Shown: positions 8,333-18,883, numbered from the stretch's first letter. The stretch: DNA of 64,000 bases from Polyangiaceae bacterium (GCA_050287085.1 JBNKBE010000007.1:128001-192000), one strand, 5' to 3'. The notes: generated from the letters alone by a model not told the origin. Numbers and translations are program-made.

Positions 8333-10711
8333 ATGCCCATCGTGGAGTTTCGCTATCTGACGGGGATCCGGGGCGCGTCTTTTTCCAATGCGCGGCTCCG
8401 CGGGAGCTGGGACGCGACGGGGCGCTTTGCTGTGCCTTGGACAGATCAACCGATGGAAGCGTTTACGGCTGAGGATGGATGCCCGGCCTTTCGAGCGAAT
8501 GTTAAGCTGCATCCAGATGGTCGTGGAGAGACCTTTCACTGGGGGGTGGTGCTTGCGGCGCCAGCCGGGGCCAACGTTTGGGGCATCCCCACCGAGCTGA
8601 ATGCGGCGGACTCGTTGGATCGCCATCGGAGCTTCCGACTGGGCGATGAGGCGTCGCAGCGTCAGGACTACTTTCTCACTTTTGCGCGACGATTGGGGGC
8701 TCGCAAGTACTGCACTTCGGCGGGCGTTCATGCGCACTTCTCTGTTTGGGCGCCCCACGCCCGCTCGGTGTCCGTTGTGTTTGCGGACTCCGAGCAGCCA
8801 TACATATCCGACGCTGGGCTCGGTGCCTTGGCGGGGCGCAGCCTCCCGCTCGTCCGCGCTCAAGACGGTGTTTGGCATGGGCGGAGCGAAGATACTTTTG
8901 TTGCCCTTGAGGGGGCTGCGTACATGTATCGGATTGTCGATGAGCAGGGGATCACACGCTTTCGCACGGACATCTTTTCCCGGCGTCAGGCCGGGTTCGG
9001 AAGGGTGAACCCGGAGGTGGAGGCTTGGGATCGCAGCACGGCCAGCCTGGACGGCTCAAAGAGCTGCAGCGTCGTCACGGCTCAGGATACGGTTTCGAGC
9101 ACGCTCGAAGTGGGTGGTCCGCGTGTAGCGCGTGAGGTGTTTTGGAAAGATGAGTTTGACCCCGCTCGCCCCGTGCCCACGCGGCTGGAAGACCTAATAG
9201 TCTACGAACTCCACGTGGGTGGATTGGGATATGGCAGAGCGGGTTCCGGCACGCTGCGTGACGCCATTCGATTCGTTGACCACCTTGCGCAACTTGGGGT
9301 CAATTGCGTAGAGCTCATGCCAATCAACGAATTTGGCGGCAACGCGGGCTGGGGCTACGGTCAGACGCACCACTGCGCTTTTGAGTCGAGCGCGGGCAGT
9401 CTCGACGACTATCGGCACTTCGTACGCACCTGTCATCAGCGCGGTATCGCCGTTATTCAGGACGTTTGTTACAACCACTACGATCCCGATGCGGAGCGGG
9501 CGCAGTGGCAATATGACTCCGCAGACCCAGAGCACAACATCTACTTCTGGTATGAGGGAAGCGTTGATGACCATCCTCACCCCGACGGCGGATTTCTAGA
9601 CAACGGCTCTTCCGGTTGGGCACCACGTTATCATGAGGAGGTGGTGCGCCAGCAATTCATTGCCAGCGCCGCGTTGTTGCTCGACGAGTGCCACGTGGAC
9701 GGATTTCGTGTTGACCTGACTCAGGCTTTTCATCGCGATAACGCGCTACATTCCAACGGACTTCAGGTCGACCGAGCCAATCAATACGGCCAGAAGCTGC
9801 TGCGGGAATGGTCGCGGACCTTGCGCCTCCTCAAACCGAGTGTACTGCTGATTGCCGAGGACCACACCGCTTGGACCAAGGTAACGGAGTCACCCGATCT
9901 CGGGGGGCTTGGTTTCACGGCTCGCTGGGAGGCTACCTTCTACCATCACCTGATTGGAGACAGCGATGCAGGAGGGGGTCGCGCGAGGATCCTGCGGAGT
10001 GCGGGGTTCGGTGGTGACGGTCCTCTGGGGCTTTTCGAGTTGGCGGGGGCGCTGCATGACAGCCAGTTCAATCGGGTCGTCTATCATGAATCGCACGACG
10101 AGGCGGGCAACGCTGGCCATAGTGCGCGCACGCTTGCAACGGCCGTGGCCGGGGCACCGCTGGTAGGTGCAACCCGACGCTACGCGGAAGCGAGAGCGCG
10201 ACTGGTGTTCAGCTTGTCGCTATTTTCGGCAGGCACACCTCTATTCTTCATGGGCGAGGAGCTAGGCTTCGTGGAGCCCTATCGTTTCGATGACTTCTTG
10301 CAGCATCGTGAGGACTTCGATGCTCTGCGATCGGGACAGGGCGCCGCCTTGTTTGCGTATTATCAAGATGCAATCGCTCTGCGGAAGCGGCGACCTGGGC
10401 TGCGTGCCCAGAATATCGACGTCATTCACGCCAATCCGGAGGGACGTGTGCTGGCCTTCACCCGTAGGTCCGGCGTCGACGAAACGCTGGTCGTAGCTTC
10501 ATTCAGCAATCGGCCCTACGATGCTGGCTACATCATTCAAACGGACGCTTCCAGGTTGCCGGATGGGTCGTATCGGGAGGTGTTGAGTAGCGATGGAGCT
10601 CGCTATGGAGGTTGGAATGTTGGCAACTATGGCGCAGCCATTCCAGCCAGTGGTGGGCGCTTTCAAGCCCGACTTCCGGCATGCGGCGTGTTGGTATTCC
10701 ACCGCATCTGA
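8333..10711 (+). CDS. GH13 alpha-amylase family enzyme (branching enzyme/TreZ-like) with CBM48-like N-terminus
   Basis: FSVWAPHA, VYELHVG, WGY, DVCYNH, DGFRVD (nucleophile), IAED (acid/base), SHDE, GTPLFFMGEE. Confidence 0.9.
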   Translation: MPIVEFRYLTGIRGASFSNARLRGSWDATGRFAVPWTDQPMEAFTAEDGCPAFRANVKLHPDGRGETFHWGVVLAAPAGANVWGIPTELNAADSLDRHRSFRLGDEASQRQDYFLTFARRLGARKYCTSAGVHAHFSVWAPHARSVSVVFADSEQPYISDAGLGALAGRSLPLVRAQDGVWHGRSEDTFVALEGAAYMYRIVDEQGITRFRTDIFSRRQAGFGRVNPEVEAWDRSTASLDGSKSCSVVTAQDTVSSTLEVGGPRVAREVFWKDEFDPARPVPTRLEDLIVYELHVGGLGYGRAGSGTLRDAIRFVDHLAQLGVNCVELMPINEFGGNAGWGYGQTHHCAFESSAGSLDDYRHFVRTCHQRGIAVIQDVCYNHYDPDAERAQWQYDSADPEHNIYFWYEGSVDDHPHPDGGFLDNGSSGWAPRYHEEVVRQQFIASAALLLDECHVDGFRVDLTQAFHRDNALHSNGLQVDRANQYGQKLLREWSRTLRLLKPSVLLIAEDHTAWTKVTESPDLGGLGFTARWEATFYHHLIGDSDAGGGRARILRSAGFGGDGPLGLFELAGALHDSQFNRVVYHESHDEAGNAGHSARTLATAVAGAPLVGATRRYAEARARLVFSLSLFSAGTPLFFMGEELGFVEPYRFDDFLQHREDFDALRSGQGAALFAYYQDAIALRKRRPGLRAQNIDVIHANPEGRVLAFTRRSGVDETLVVASFSNRPYDAGYIIQTDASRLPDGSYREVLSSDGARYGGWNVGNYGAAIPASGGRFQARLPACGVLVFHRI

Positions 10712-10718
10712 GCCGCAG

Positions 10719-12293
10719 CTAGCGCGGGGTTGCTACCCCAAACACTCCTAGGCACATTTCGTCGAGGGTCTCTTCGCCGAGCAGGACGTCACGCGGCTCC
10801 GTCAAGCCCTGATCGTCCAACGCCTCGCGTACGAAGGGGTTGTCGAGGGAGTTGTCATAGGTGCAACGCATATGCAGGGTGTCGCCCCCTTTCAGCACGG
10901 GTAGCGCTTCGAGAGGAGCGTCGTAGAAATACCCCCGTTGCCAGTTGAAATCCCAGCGGGGCGTTTGAATCAGGCACTCCTCAGCCGGCTGATCTTGGGG
11001 CACCTCACGGCTTACCGTCACTACCATGTCGGTACCAACGTAGTGCATGTGTGTGCCCATGGCCCAAACGCGAATGCCGCCGCCTAGACTTTGGGGGATC
11101 TTGAAGTCCATGGCTTCTACATGCGCTCGCGCTCCGGCCGGAATGCGAAACTCTGGCGTTTCGGTAGAGTCGTTGTCTCCGGCTAGCAGCCCCCCATACT
11201 CGTTCGGAGCCGCGAAGTTGCCAATCAAAGCCAAAGCTCCCTCGTATTCGGGGGCTTCGTCTGCAAGCTCGAGCTGCACCTGAGTTCCCTCGTCCACCTG
11301 AGCCCCGACTCCGGTGGGGTGATAGTGTACGTTCACCACTAGGAGAGACCCAGCGGGTAGGGGAATGGCGACTTCAGGTGGCGTGCGCAGGGGCACGCTG
11401 CCCGGGGCCCAGGCGCTGATGAGCGAGGTGCTGGAGAGGCCCGGTCCGCCGAAGCAGTCGTAGTAGCCGTCGTCGCCGGCGCGTGCCGCCGACTCACCCG
11501 TTGAGTCTACGTAGGTGAGCACATGGTGTACGATTGCACTGTTGCCCGGAATGACTTGGCTCGCCTTCAGCCAAGCGTTTTGCGTCAACCCAGGGTCGAT
11601 CGCAAAGCACAGGAAGCGATCACCAGGTCCTTCGACCTCGATCTGTCCCGGTACCGCGTAAACCTTCGCGCTTGGGCCGAGGGCCAGAGACGGAATGGCT
11701 GGGATCTCCCGGGCTGTCTTTGGGTTCCCCTCGGGCGTTCCGAGATCTACCCAAGCTTGGAGAATCTGCTCTTCTTCGAGAGTCAGTCGAGGATCGTCCT
11801 TGAACGGTAGCCTGGGTTTGCATTCGTCGGTGTTCTCGGCGAGAAAGGGCGGCATGGTGCCTTCGAGCACGCTCTCCAAGGCAAGCTCAGAAAGCGCGCT
11901 TGCTTGCTCGTAGGTATCGAGCGCGAAGGGTGCTATTCCGCCTTGGGTGTGGCAACCGCCGCAGCGACTGATGAGCAGTGGCGCCACAGCCCCGTGCCAC
12001 GTAATGTCGCCCTGCGCCGAAGCATCTGGGGAGTTCTCGTCAGGTCTCGAAGGAGTTCCGGCGTCTTTGGCGCCCTCATCGTTTCTCGTCTGATCCGGGG
12101 GCAAGCCTGAATCGATGGAGGCCACCGAGGCGTCGTCTCGACCGGTGCGGTCTGACCCTTTTGACTCGTCACTGCTGCAGCTCGTTCCAAGACCCGTGGC
12201 AAGGACGGAAGCGCACACGCAGGCGCGACCAAGCCTCGGACGTCGGGATCGATGTGACTTGGTCGTGTCCGGTGTGGCGTTCGGTTGGGACAT
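10719..12293 (-). CDS. Copper type II (PHM/DBH-like) monooxygenase lipoprotein with N-terminal c-type heme motif
   Basis: CGGCH; VHHVL, VHYH, THMH, WDFNWQ and DEMC motifs; lipobox-like GTSC. Start re-set to ATG 12293. Confidence 0.8.
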   Translation of the reverse strand: MSQPNATPDTTKSHRSRRPRLGRACVCASVLATGLGTSCSSDESKGSDRTGRDDASVASIDSGLPPDQTRNDEGAKDAGTPSRPDENSPDASAQGDITWHGAVAPLLISRCGGCHTQGGIAPFALDTYEQASALSELALESVLEGTMPPFLAENTDECKPRLPFKDDPRLTLEEEQILQAWVDLGTPEGNPKTAREIPAIPSLALGPSAKVYAVPGQIEVEGPGDRFLCFAIDPGLTQNAWLKASQVIPGNSAIVHHVLTYVDSTGESAARAGDDGYYDCFGGPGLSSTSLISAWAPGSVPLRTPPEVAIPLPAGSLLVVNVHYHPTGVGAQVDEGTQVQLELADEAPEYEGALALIGNFAAPNEYGGLLAGDNDSTETPEFRIPAGARAHVEAMDFKIPQSLGGGIRVWAMGTHMHYVGTDMVVTVSREVPQDQPAEECLIQTPRWDFNWQRGYFYDAPLEALPVLKGGDTLHMRCTYDNSLDNPFVREALDDQGLTEPRDVLLGEETLDEMCLGVFGVATPR

Positions 12294-12364
12294 GGCCGGG
12301 GAGTGTAGCACCAACACGCGCTGAGCGCGTGTTTGGGCGAAAGCTGCGGCGCCAGACGGCTGCG

Positions 12365-12991
12365 TTAGAGCTGACGGAGCGCCAGGATGCGCCAGGTGTT
12401 CTGCCCGTGGTTTTGGACATGTACAAATAGTCTCGCACCGACCGCTGCGTCGGCGCCGAGCACAGCAGACACCTGCACGGTGCCCGCCAGGGCTGGGATT
12501 GCGACCGATTGTACTGTTGGTGCTTCGCCGCCGACGGAAAACCCAATACATCCGCGGGTTGGTTCCGGAGCGCTCAGGTCGAAGTGCACGACCTCGAGCT
12601 CGATGATGTCACCGGCCGCAAGCGGCGCGCGAAGCGCCTGGCTCAGCGTGACGTAGTTGCAGCGTGTCGTATCGACCTCGAGCCAGCTCCCCTCGGCGTA
12701 ATACCCCGCGACGGGGCTGCATGTCACGGGCTGACGAGCCCAGGGCCGAAACGGGTCGTCGCTTGCGGCAACGGGCGCCCAGGCGTTTGGATCGTCCAAA
12801 CGTCTGGGCGCGCCGGCGTCGCGTTCGCAGGGCGCGCCGGCGTCGCGTTCGCAGGGCGCACCGGCGTCGCTGGCCATGGGGGCAGCGCGCGTCGATCGGT
12901 TGCAGGCTGTGCTGAGCGCGTATGCCGCGATGGCTCCCCATCGAAGCCATCGGCTACCAGCGGGGCGAAAGTCCCGATACAGTTCCGTCAT
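12365..12991 (-). CDS. Hypothetical lipoprotein with DAGAPCER repeats
   Basis: Lipobox-like LSTAC; same strand as and just upstream of the monooxygenase; C-terminal HVQNHGQN. Start uncertain. Confidence 0.6.
   Translation of the reverse strand: MTELYRDFRPAGSRWLRWGAIAAYALSTACNRSTRAAPMASDAGAPCERDAGAPCERDAGAPRRLDDPNAWAPVAASDDPFRPWARQPVTCSPVAGYYAEGSWLEVDTTRCNYVTLSQALRAPLAAGDIIELEVVHFDLSAPEPTRGCIGFSVGGEAPTVQSVAIPALAGTVQVSAVLGADAAVGARLFVHVQNHGQNTWRILALRQL
12806..12870 (-). repeat. 24-bp tandem repeat, about 2.7 copies, in frame
   Basis: gggcgcgccggcgtcgcgttcgca x2 plus gggcgcaccggcgtcgc. Confidence 0.9.
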
Positions 12992-13931
12992 GCGGCTACC
13001 TTTTGTCATTGCCATTGCCTGCTATCTTCTGGGCTGCGGTATCAGCGAGTGTCCTGTTCCAGCCGCGGCTCAGGTGCAGCAGTTACCGTCGCGCCTGTCC
13101 GAGATCGCCTTGTTCGCGGACTTCTCCGCGCGCGTCGTGGCTCGCGAGGTGATGCCCTATCGGCCGCGTTTTTCATTGTATAGCGATGACCTGTCGAAGG
13201 AGCGATGGATTCGCCTGCCGGGTGTGATCGACGCCCGTGACATGGACGATTGGAGTTTTCCGGTTGGCACCCAGTTCTTCAAGCAGTTCAGCTCGAACGG
13301 CGTTGTGCTTGAAACGCGCGTATTGCAACGCATTGGTGAGGCTCCCGAGGACTGGGTCGCGGCGGCTTATGTTTGGAATGGATCGCAGAGCGAAGCGTAT
13401 CGCGCCGAGGAAGGCGCGCGCGACGTGCTGGACAGCGACCACGACGTACCCAGTTCAGGGCAATGCTTTGCTTGTCACGGTGGTTCCAAGAGCCGTGTGC
13501 TTGGCTTCTCGGCGGTTCAACTGGAGCCGAGCGCGACGGCCTGGCTGGCCGCCGAGGGGAGGCTCGACCCGGCGCCGGCACAGCCGGTGGAGGTGCCCGG
13601 GTCAAAGCTCGATCAGCAGGCCCTCGGCTATCTGCATGCCAATTGTGGCACTTGTCATAATGCCCGCCGACCTCCGTCCGGCGCGCTTCGCTGCTACGAT
13701 CCGCGCAAGACGTTGAACCTCAGGCTGGAGCTCAACCGCATGCAGAGCGTCGCAGATACTGGGGCGTATGAAGCGCTTGGGCTCACCGGTACGGTGTTGG
13801 GCAGGCCTGAGACATCCCGCCTTGTGGGCAAGATGCACAGCGTATTGTTGCCGATGCCGCCACTGGCCGCTGACCGCGTCGACCGAGCAGGGGTCTCCCT
13901 GATTTCGGATTGGATTCGGTCTTTGCGATGA
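12990..13931 (+). CDS. Diheme c-type cytochrome lipoprotein (SO2930-like)
   Basis: Lipobox LLGC; LYSD..SKERWI.LP, FPVGT...KQF, LETR, CFACH, LGYLHANCGTCH and MPP motifs. Confidence 0.8.
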   Translation: MRLPFVIAIACYLLGCGISECPVPAAAQVQQLPSRLSEIALFADFSARVVAREVMPYRPRFSLYSDDLSKERWIRLPGVIDARDMDDWSFPVGTQFFKQFSSNGVVLETRVLQRIGEAPEDWVAAAYVWNGSQSEAYRAEEGARDVLDSDHDVPSSGQCFACHGGSKSRVLGFSAVQLEPSATAWLAAEGRLDPAPAQPVEVPGSKLDQQALGYLHANCGTCHNARRPPSGALRCYDPRKTLNLRLELNRMQSVADTGAYEALGLTGTVLGRPETSRLVGKMHSVLLPMPPLAADRVDRAGVSLISDWIRSLR

Positions 13932-13945
13932 GTTTCCGTCTGGTG

Positions 13946-15760
13946 CTATTGCAATTGCAGGCGCGCGCGGAGGCCGTTGTTGCGTTCGCTTAGCCGTTCG
14001 ACCAGCAGCTGCGTTTCCGGGGTGCTGGGAGCCACCTGCCGGAGGTGGTCGAGCAAGCGCTCCCCCACCCCTTTGTCGCCGGTGAGAGCTACTGCGCTGC
14101 CCTGATCGAAGATCTCGCTGCGCAGGTGGCCTAGGGTTGTCCAGTCGGTGCCATGCAGCGGCTGCGCGTATCGGAGTACGCGGCGGATGGAACGCTCCGC
14201 TGAGTCGACGCCCCGGTCGCGGTCCGAGCTACCCAAGGCGTGTGGTGCGAAACGAAGCCAGAGGTTCTGCGGGGTGAGGTGAGCAACCAAACGGCGATCC
14301 CAACTCGGATTCAGTTCGACCATGAGCGGACGAGCATCGGCGAGTTGACTCAGGGCGAACTCCCCTGCCGCGCCTTGTATCGCCACGTCGCGGATCAGGG
14401 GTCCCAGCTGCGGCTCCCGCGAAAGCAGCTGTGCGGCGAGCCCGCCGTGTGCAAGCAGCGGTCTGGGAACGACCAAAACGTCGGGGCGTAAGCCGCCGCT
14501 GGCTTGTTCAGCCCAGAACCTCCACGCCACGGCCGCATCTTGGGCCAGCAGGAGGCTGCCCGCAGGCAACCGTTCAAACGCTTCGTGAGTCCATTGTCGG
14601 GTGGCCGACACCGAGCGCCGATCCAGCTCCTGGCGTGCCCGCTCGGCGCCCAGGAGCAACACCCCGATGTGGAGGACAAAGACCAGCCGGAGTCCGAGAT
14701 TGGCGAAAGGGAGCCTGCGATCTGCAAGCCAGCCCACCGTGAAGTGGGCTCCACTGGCCCCCATTACCGCCGCACCCGCCAGAGCGAGCAGCCTCAAGGA
14801 GGGCTCGTTGAAGGGAATGGCCAGCGCTACCCATACACAAGCCACCGCCGTCGCGGGTCGCTCGGAAGGACGAAAGCCGGTCGCGACGATCCCCAGGAGC
14901 GCCAGCACCAGCGAGTACCAACCGAGTTCCGAAAACAGCGGCAATGGCGTTTCGGGGGGGGCGGCGTTGGGCAGTCCGAGAGCAAAGCCGAGGCTCATGC
15001 CCCCAGTCGGCGCCAGGCGCTCGAGGGTGCTGGGTACCAGGCACACCACGCCAGCGATTCCAGCTGCGAGCACCAGAATGCCAACCTGACGCAAGGTGGG
15101 GAGCTCGTCGCGGCAGGCGGCGCGCGTCACGGCGGCAAGCAACCCGGCCAGGCCCACGGCATGGCTCTCCACGAGGCAGGCGCCTAGCAACGTCCCCTGC
15201 AGCAACCATCCAATGCTGGAGCTGAGCGGGGCCCGCTGGGCGAAGAGAGCGATCGCGATAGCGAGCAGAGGACTGCCGCTAGTCGTGGAGGCAAGCCGCC
15301 AGTCGGTGGAAAGCGATGCCGTGAGGGCGGCGCAGAGCGCGAGCAGTAGGCGCAGGGGGCTTGTGTGACGGCGGGGCCCGCGGGCCCAGGCGAACAATAG
15401 GGTGGTGGTGACGCCGCTCAGCAGTGCGCTTGCCAGCTCCAGGCGGAAGAGCTTTCCGCCGATGGGCAGCAGGGAGAAAAGTCCGCCAAGGGCACCCGAC
15501 AGCACACCCTCAGCGCCGACTTGGACCACTCCCAAGGCGCGCACGGTATGCACGTCACTCTCCCAGCGAGGTGCTCCTTCCAGTCGGAACAGGGCGAGGT
15601 AGAAAGGCAGCCCGAACGCTATCCAGCTGGCGATGGCTCCCAACCATGGGGGCGGGGTGTTTGCGGACGCCCTACGTTCGGCGGGACTCGACTCATGCGG
15701 GGGCGGCACCAATTCAGGAGCTGCCATGTTGGGGCGCCCCGGGCCCACTTTTCGGGTCAC
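13946..15760 (-). CDS. Multi-pass membrane protein, DUF2723/GT-C glycosyltransferase-like
   Basis: About 10 TM segments; LLPIG..LFR and C-terminal LP.GS.LL...D, LRPDV motifs. Confidence 0.55.
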   Translation of the reverse strand: MTRKVGPGRPNMAAPELVPPPHESSPAERRASANTPPPWLGAIASWIAFGLPFYLALFRLEGAPRWESDVHTVRALGVVQVGAEGVLSGALGGLFSLLPIGGKLFRLELASALLSGVTTTLLFAWARGPRRHTSPLRLLLALCAALTASLSTDWRLASTTSGSPLLAIAIALFAQRAPLSSSIGWLLQGTLLGACLVESHAVGLAGLLAAVTRAACRDELPTLRQVGILVLAAGIAGVVCLVPSTLERLAPTGGMSLGFALGLPNAAPPETPLPLFSELGWYSLVLALLGIVATGFRPSERPATAVACVWVALAIPFNEPSLRLLALAGAAVMGASGAHFTVGWLADRRLPFANLGLRLVFVLHIGVLLLGAERARQELDRRSVSATRQWTHEAFERLPAGSLLLAQDAAVAWRFWAEQASGGLRPDVLVVPRPLLAHGGLAAQLLSREPQLGPLIRDVAIQGAAGEFALSQLADARPLMVELNPSWDRRLVAHLTPQNLWLRFAPHALGSSDRDRGVDSAERSIRRVLRYAQPLHGTDWTTLGHLRSEIFDQGSAVALTGDKGVGERLLDHLRQVAPSTPETQLLVERLSERNNGLRARLQLQ

Positions 15761-15834
15761 TTCCGAACCCCGGTCCAGGACACTCTATCCGTTGGACTTG
15801 ACTTGGCTATCGGCACCGCAACAGGCTAAAGATC

Positions 15835-17178
15835 GTGCCCACTATTTTAGTCGTCGACGATAGCCCGACCATCCGTGATGTCGTGGCTCTCGTGCTCGAG
15901 GGGCATCGCTACGAGACGCGCGCGGCCGCGGACGGTCGTCAGGCGCTCGCGCTGCTGGAAACAGAGACAGTGGATCTCGTCTTGCTGGACTTCGTGATGC
16001 CCGTCATGAACGGCTACCAGTTTTGTCGGCATCTGCGTGCGGACGCTCGTTTTTCTGGGTTGCCGGTGGTGTTGATGAGCGCCAAGGGCGACAAGATCCG
16101 GGGTCAGTTCGTGCAGCAGACGGGGGCGATTGACGCGATCACGAAGCCCTTCGATCCCCGCGCTTTGCTGGCGGTTGTGGAGGGGGCGCTCAAGCGGGCC
16201 AGCCGCGACTTGACGAGTCCAGCGGGTCCGCGCTCCAGCGGCGAGATCAACATCGGCGAGCTGGATGGTATCGCTGACGTGGCGGAGCGGTCGGAGGCCG
16301 TCCGGACTGCTTTTGTTCGTGCCCTTTCCCGGCGACTAGCCGAGCCGATGCGTTTACCCGGGAGCGAACTCGAAACGCGTCTAGATGCCGTGCTGGATAT
16401 GCCGGCAGCTCATCAACTTGCCGGCATATTGCGTCTGCTCGAGGATGAGGAAGACGGTGACGCTGCCCTTTCCGGCGACCTCAGCTTCATCTCCTTGCCG
16501 GAGGTGATGCAGATGTTGGAACTCCAGCGGCAGAGCGGTGCGCTTCGTATGTGCGCCGGAGATCAGGAGATTGCGCTCTATCTTGCCAATGGTCGTATCG
16601 ATATCGCCAAGTCCAAGAATTTGCCCGCGAGCTTTCGATTGGGGCGCTTTTTGGTCGAGGACAGCGTGGTTAGCCGCGAGTTGCTCGAGCCGCTCGCGTC
16701 GGAGGCGGAGAGCGATCGCCTGCTCGGCGAAGAGTTGATAGAGCGCAGTCGAGCGACGGAGGAGCAGATTCGGGAGGCACTTCGACGACAGACGAGCGAA
16801 CTGGTATATGAAGCGGTTCGCTGGAGGAGCGGGCGCTTCTATTTCGAGAACAACGAGGGCTGTCCGGAAGCGACCCTAGCGGCTCTGCAGCTCGCGCCAG
16901 GTGGACTGCTTATGGAGGGCTTCCGGAGGGTCGATGAGTGGCAGCTCATCGAGGGCTCTTTCAAGTTTGACGACGTGCTTCGCTGTGACGAGGCGGTGAT
17001 GAACCGCTATGGCCAAACGCAAGAGCTGACAGCGCAGGAGGAGCTGGTGTTGGCCAGCATCGACGGGAAACGCACCGTCCGGCAGATCGTCAACGCGGTC
17101 GACGCCAGCACCTTCGACGTTTGCAAGGCGCTCTATCAGTTTCTTCAGGCCCGCTTGGTGCGTCGGCACGCCCTATGA
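15835..17178 (+). CDS. Response regulator: receiver domain plus DUF4388 (PatA-N-like) domain
   Basis: ILVVDDS, LLDFVMP, MSAK, ITKPF; ALSGDLSFISLPEVMQML, W..G.F.F and LLMEGFRRVDEW. Confidence 0.9.
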   Translation: MPTILVVDDSPTIRDVVALVLEGHRYETRAAADGRQALALLETETVDLVLLDFVMPVMNGYQFCRHLRADARFSGLPVVLMSAKGDKIRGQFVQQTGAIDAITKPFDPRALLAVVEGALKRASRDLTSPAGPRSSGEINIGELDGIADVAERSEAVRTAFVRALSRRLAEPMRLPGSELETRLDAVLDMPAAHQLAGILRLLEDEEDGDAALSGDLSFISLPEVMQMLELQRQSGALRMCAGDQEIALYLANGRIDIAKSKNLPASFRLGRFLVEDSVVSRELLEPLASEAESDRLLGEELIERSRATEEQIREALRRQTSELVYEAVRWRSGRFYFENNEGCPEATLAALQLAPGGLLMEGFRRVDEWQLIEGSFKFDDVLRCDEAVMNRYGQTQELTAQEELVLASIDGKRTVRQIVNAVDASTFDVCKALYQFLQARLVRRHAL

Positions 17179-17615
17179 AGGGGTGCAACGCAACGGGCTT
17201 CTCGGTTCGGCAACTGACGCCAGTTGAAGCACTGAGTGCTGAGTCCCTGCTGCGACTGAGCTCGTCCGAGCTGTCGGTTGCTGAAGAATTGGCCAAGCCC
17301 CACGCGGAGGTATGGGGTTGCTTTGGCGTCGACGAGTTGCTGGCCTGTGCCCTGATTTGGTGGGTGGGCGATGAGTTGCAGCTGGTTGATATCTCAACCG
17401 CTCCGGCCCAGCGCCGGCGTGGTGCTGCGCGGCTCTTGCTCGGTGAGCTGGGTCATGAGGCGCGCTCGCGCGGGGCTCTTCGGATCGAGCTCGAGGTGAG
17501 GGCGAGCAACGAAGGCGCTTTGGGTCTGTATCGTGCGTTGGGATTCTCGACGCGGCGGCGGCGTCCGGGGTACTACGGCGACGACGACGGACTCGAGATG
17601 TGGATGGCGTTATGA
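17175..17615 (+). CDS. rimI: Ribosomal-protein-alanine N-acetyltransferase (GNAT)
   Basis: QRRRG.A, LEVRASNEGALGLY..LGF, RPGYY..DDGLEM; ATGA overlap with the upstream gene. Confidence 0.8.
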   Translation: MKGCNATGFSVRQLTPVEALSAESLLRLSSSELSVAEELAKPHAEVWGCFGVDELLACALIWWVGDELQLVDISTAPAQRRRGAARLLLGELGHEARSRGALRIELEVRASNEGALGLYRALGFSTRRRRPGYYGDDDGLEMWMAL

Positions 17616-18883
17616 CCGGTTCGGGTTGGAGACGTGTATCGGCTTGGTCGGCTCTGGCGCTTCTCCTGTGCGCTTGTGAGCACCGGGAAGTGCAGACCAA
17701 GACTCAGGCAGAGCCGAGCCCCAACGCCACGATCGTACCTCAGCCCCTGCTCACGGGCACTGGGTGGGTGGCCACCAAGCCCAGTGCATTGCCCGTTCCG
17801 AGCGGAACTGCACCGGTCGGAAAGCAGTTGCGGAAGGAGAACACCCCGCAACCTGTCCCCTTCGATCCAACAAATCCTCCCAAAGCACTTCCAAAAGCCA
17901 GCTTGGCAGAGACCCCCTTGATGCTCGACGCGGTCTTCAGCTGGCCTGCGGTTGCGACGCGCGCCACGTTTCACGGCTTGCGTGGTGCCGCGCTGAAGAG
18001 CACTCGGGCCGCAGTCGAGCGGCGTATCCGGATTGATCTCCGCGTGGAAGACCAACTCCTGCTGGAGCTCCGATCCCCGTCTTTTGCTCTCCAGCGCGGC
18101 ACATCCATGGGGGCACGCAGTGACTACTTGGGCTTCATTCTTGGATTCCCGCGGGGCCGTCAGCACCGACTTATTCCTCAGGGGGTCGTCCGCAATCTCT
18201 TCCGCGAAGGGCGGGCTGATGCCAGTCCGCTGCTGAGCGCTGTCGAGGAGGTGCTTGGTCCAGCGCAACATGGTGATGTACCCGTGGCTCGCTCCCGACT
18301 TCGTACCGGGCATGGCACCGTTACGTTGTCACAGGCGACCTACCCGAAGCTTGGGGCGGGGGGAGTGTTATTGTGCCGTTTTCTCATCGAGCTCGTGGGG
18401 GTCGCGCCGAACTCCACGGCGTGCCGGGTCGACATGGTTCCGTTGGCGGCTGAGTTTGAAACCGAGCGTGGCGGTCGCTTGGTCTTCGATGTGACGCGGG
18501 TGCAGCGCGGACCCGATGAACAAAGCGAGCTACCGGTGCTGCCGCCTCCTCAGGTTGATTGGGAAGAGGGGCGCATACCGCTGGCTTCGGGTCTTGTATT
18601 GCCACCTGAGTCGGGTCGATCGTTGCGTCCGGGCGCTCCGGCCGCGACCGCGTCGCTGCGCATTCGCAATCACGAATCGGTAGCGGGGCATGTGCTGCTC
18701 AACCAGGCGTTGGTGGCGGTCGTGCGCTCCGACACGGAGCTCGAGCTATCCGGGCTCGACCAAGGCGCCTATACGGTGGAGGTCGTGGACTTCTTTGGCC
18801 ACACGCTTCTGTCTAGGCGGGCGGCTGAAGTGCCGGGAACGCTCGACGTTGGGGAGCCAAGTCTAGACGTGGGAGCCCCCTGA
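17612..18883 (+). CDS. Hypothetical lipoprotein
   Basis: Lipobox LCAC; ATGA overlap with the rimI stop. Confidence 0.7.
   Translation: MTGSGWRRVSAWSALALLLCACEHREVQTKTQAEPSPNATIVPQPLLTGTGWVATKPSALPVPSGTAPVGKQLRKENTPQPVPFDPTNPPKALPKASLAETPLMLDAVFSWPAVATRATFHGLRGAALKSTRAAVERRIRIDLRVEDQLLLELRSPSFALQRGTSMGARSDYLGFILGFPRGRQHRLIPQGVVRNLFREGRADASPLLSAVEEVLGPAQHGDVPVARSRLRTGHGTVTLSQATYPKLGAGGVLLCRFLIELVGVAPNSTACRVDMVPLAAEFETERGGRLVFDVTRVQRGPDEQSELPVLPPPQVDWEEGRIPLASGLVLPPESGRSLRPGAPAATASLRIRNHESVAGHVLLNQALVAVVRSDTELELSGLDQGAYTVEVVDFFGHTLLSRRAAEVPGTLDVGEPSLDVGAP

Noticed and set aside
12784..12802. Perfect 8-bp hairpin cgtttgga-tcg-tccaaacg
   Set aside because: Inside a coding region, no U-tract, single occurrence; plausibly chance.
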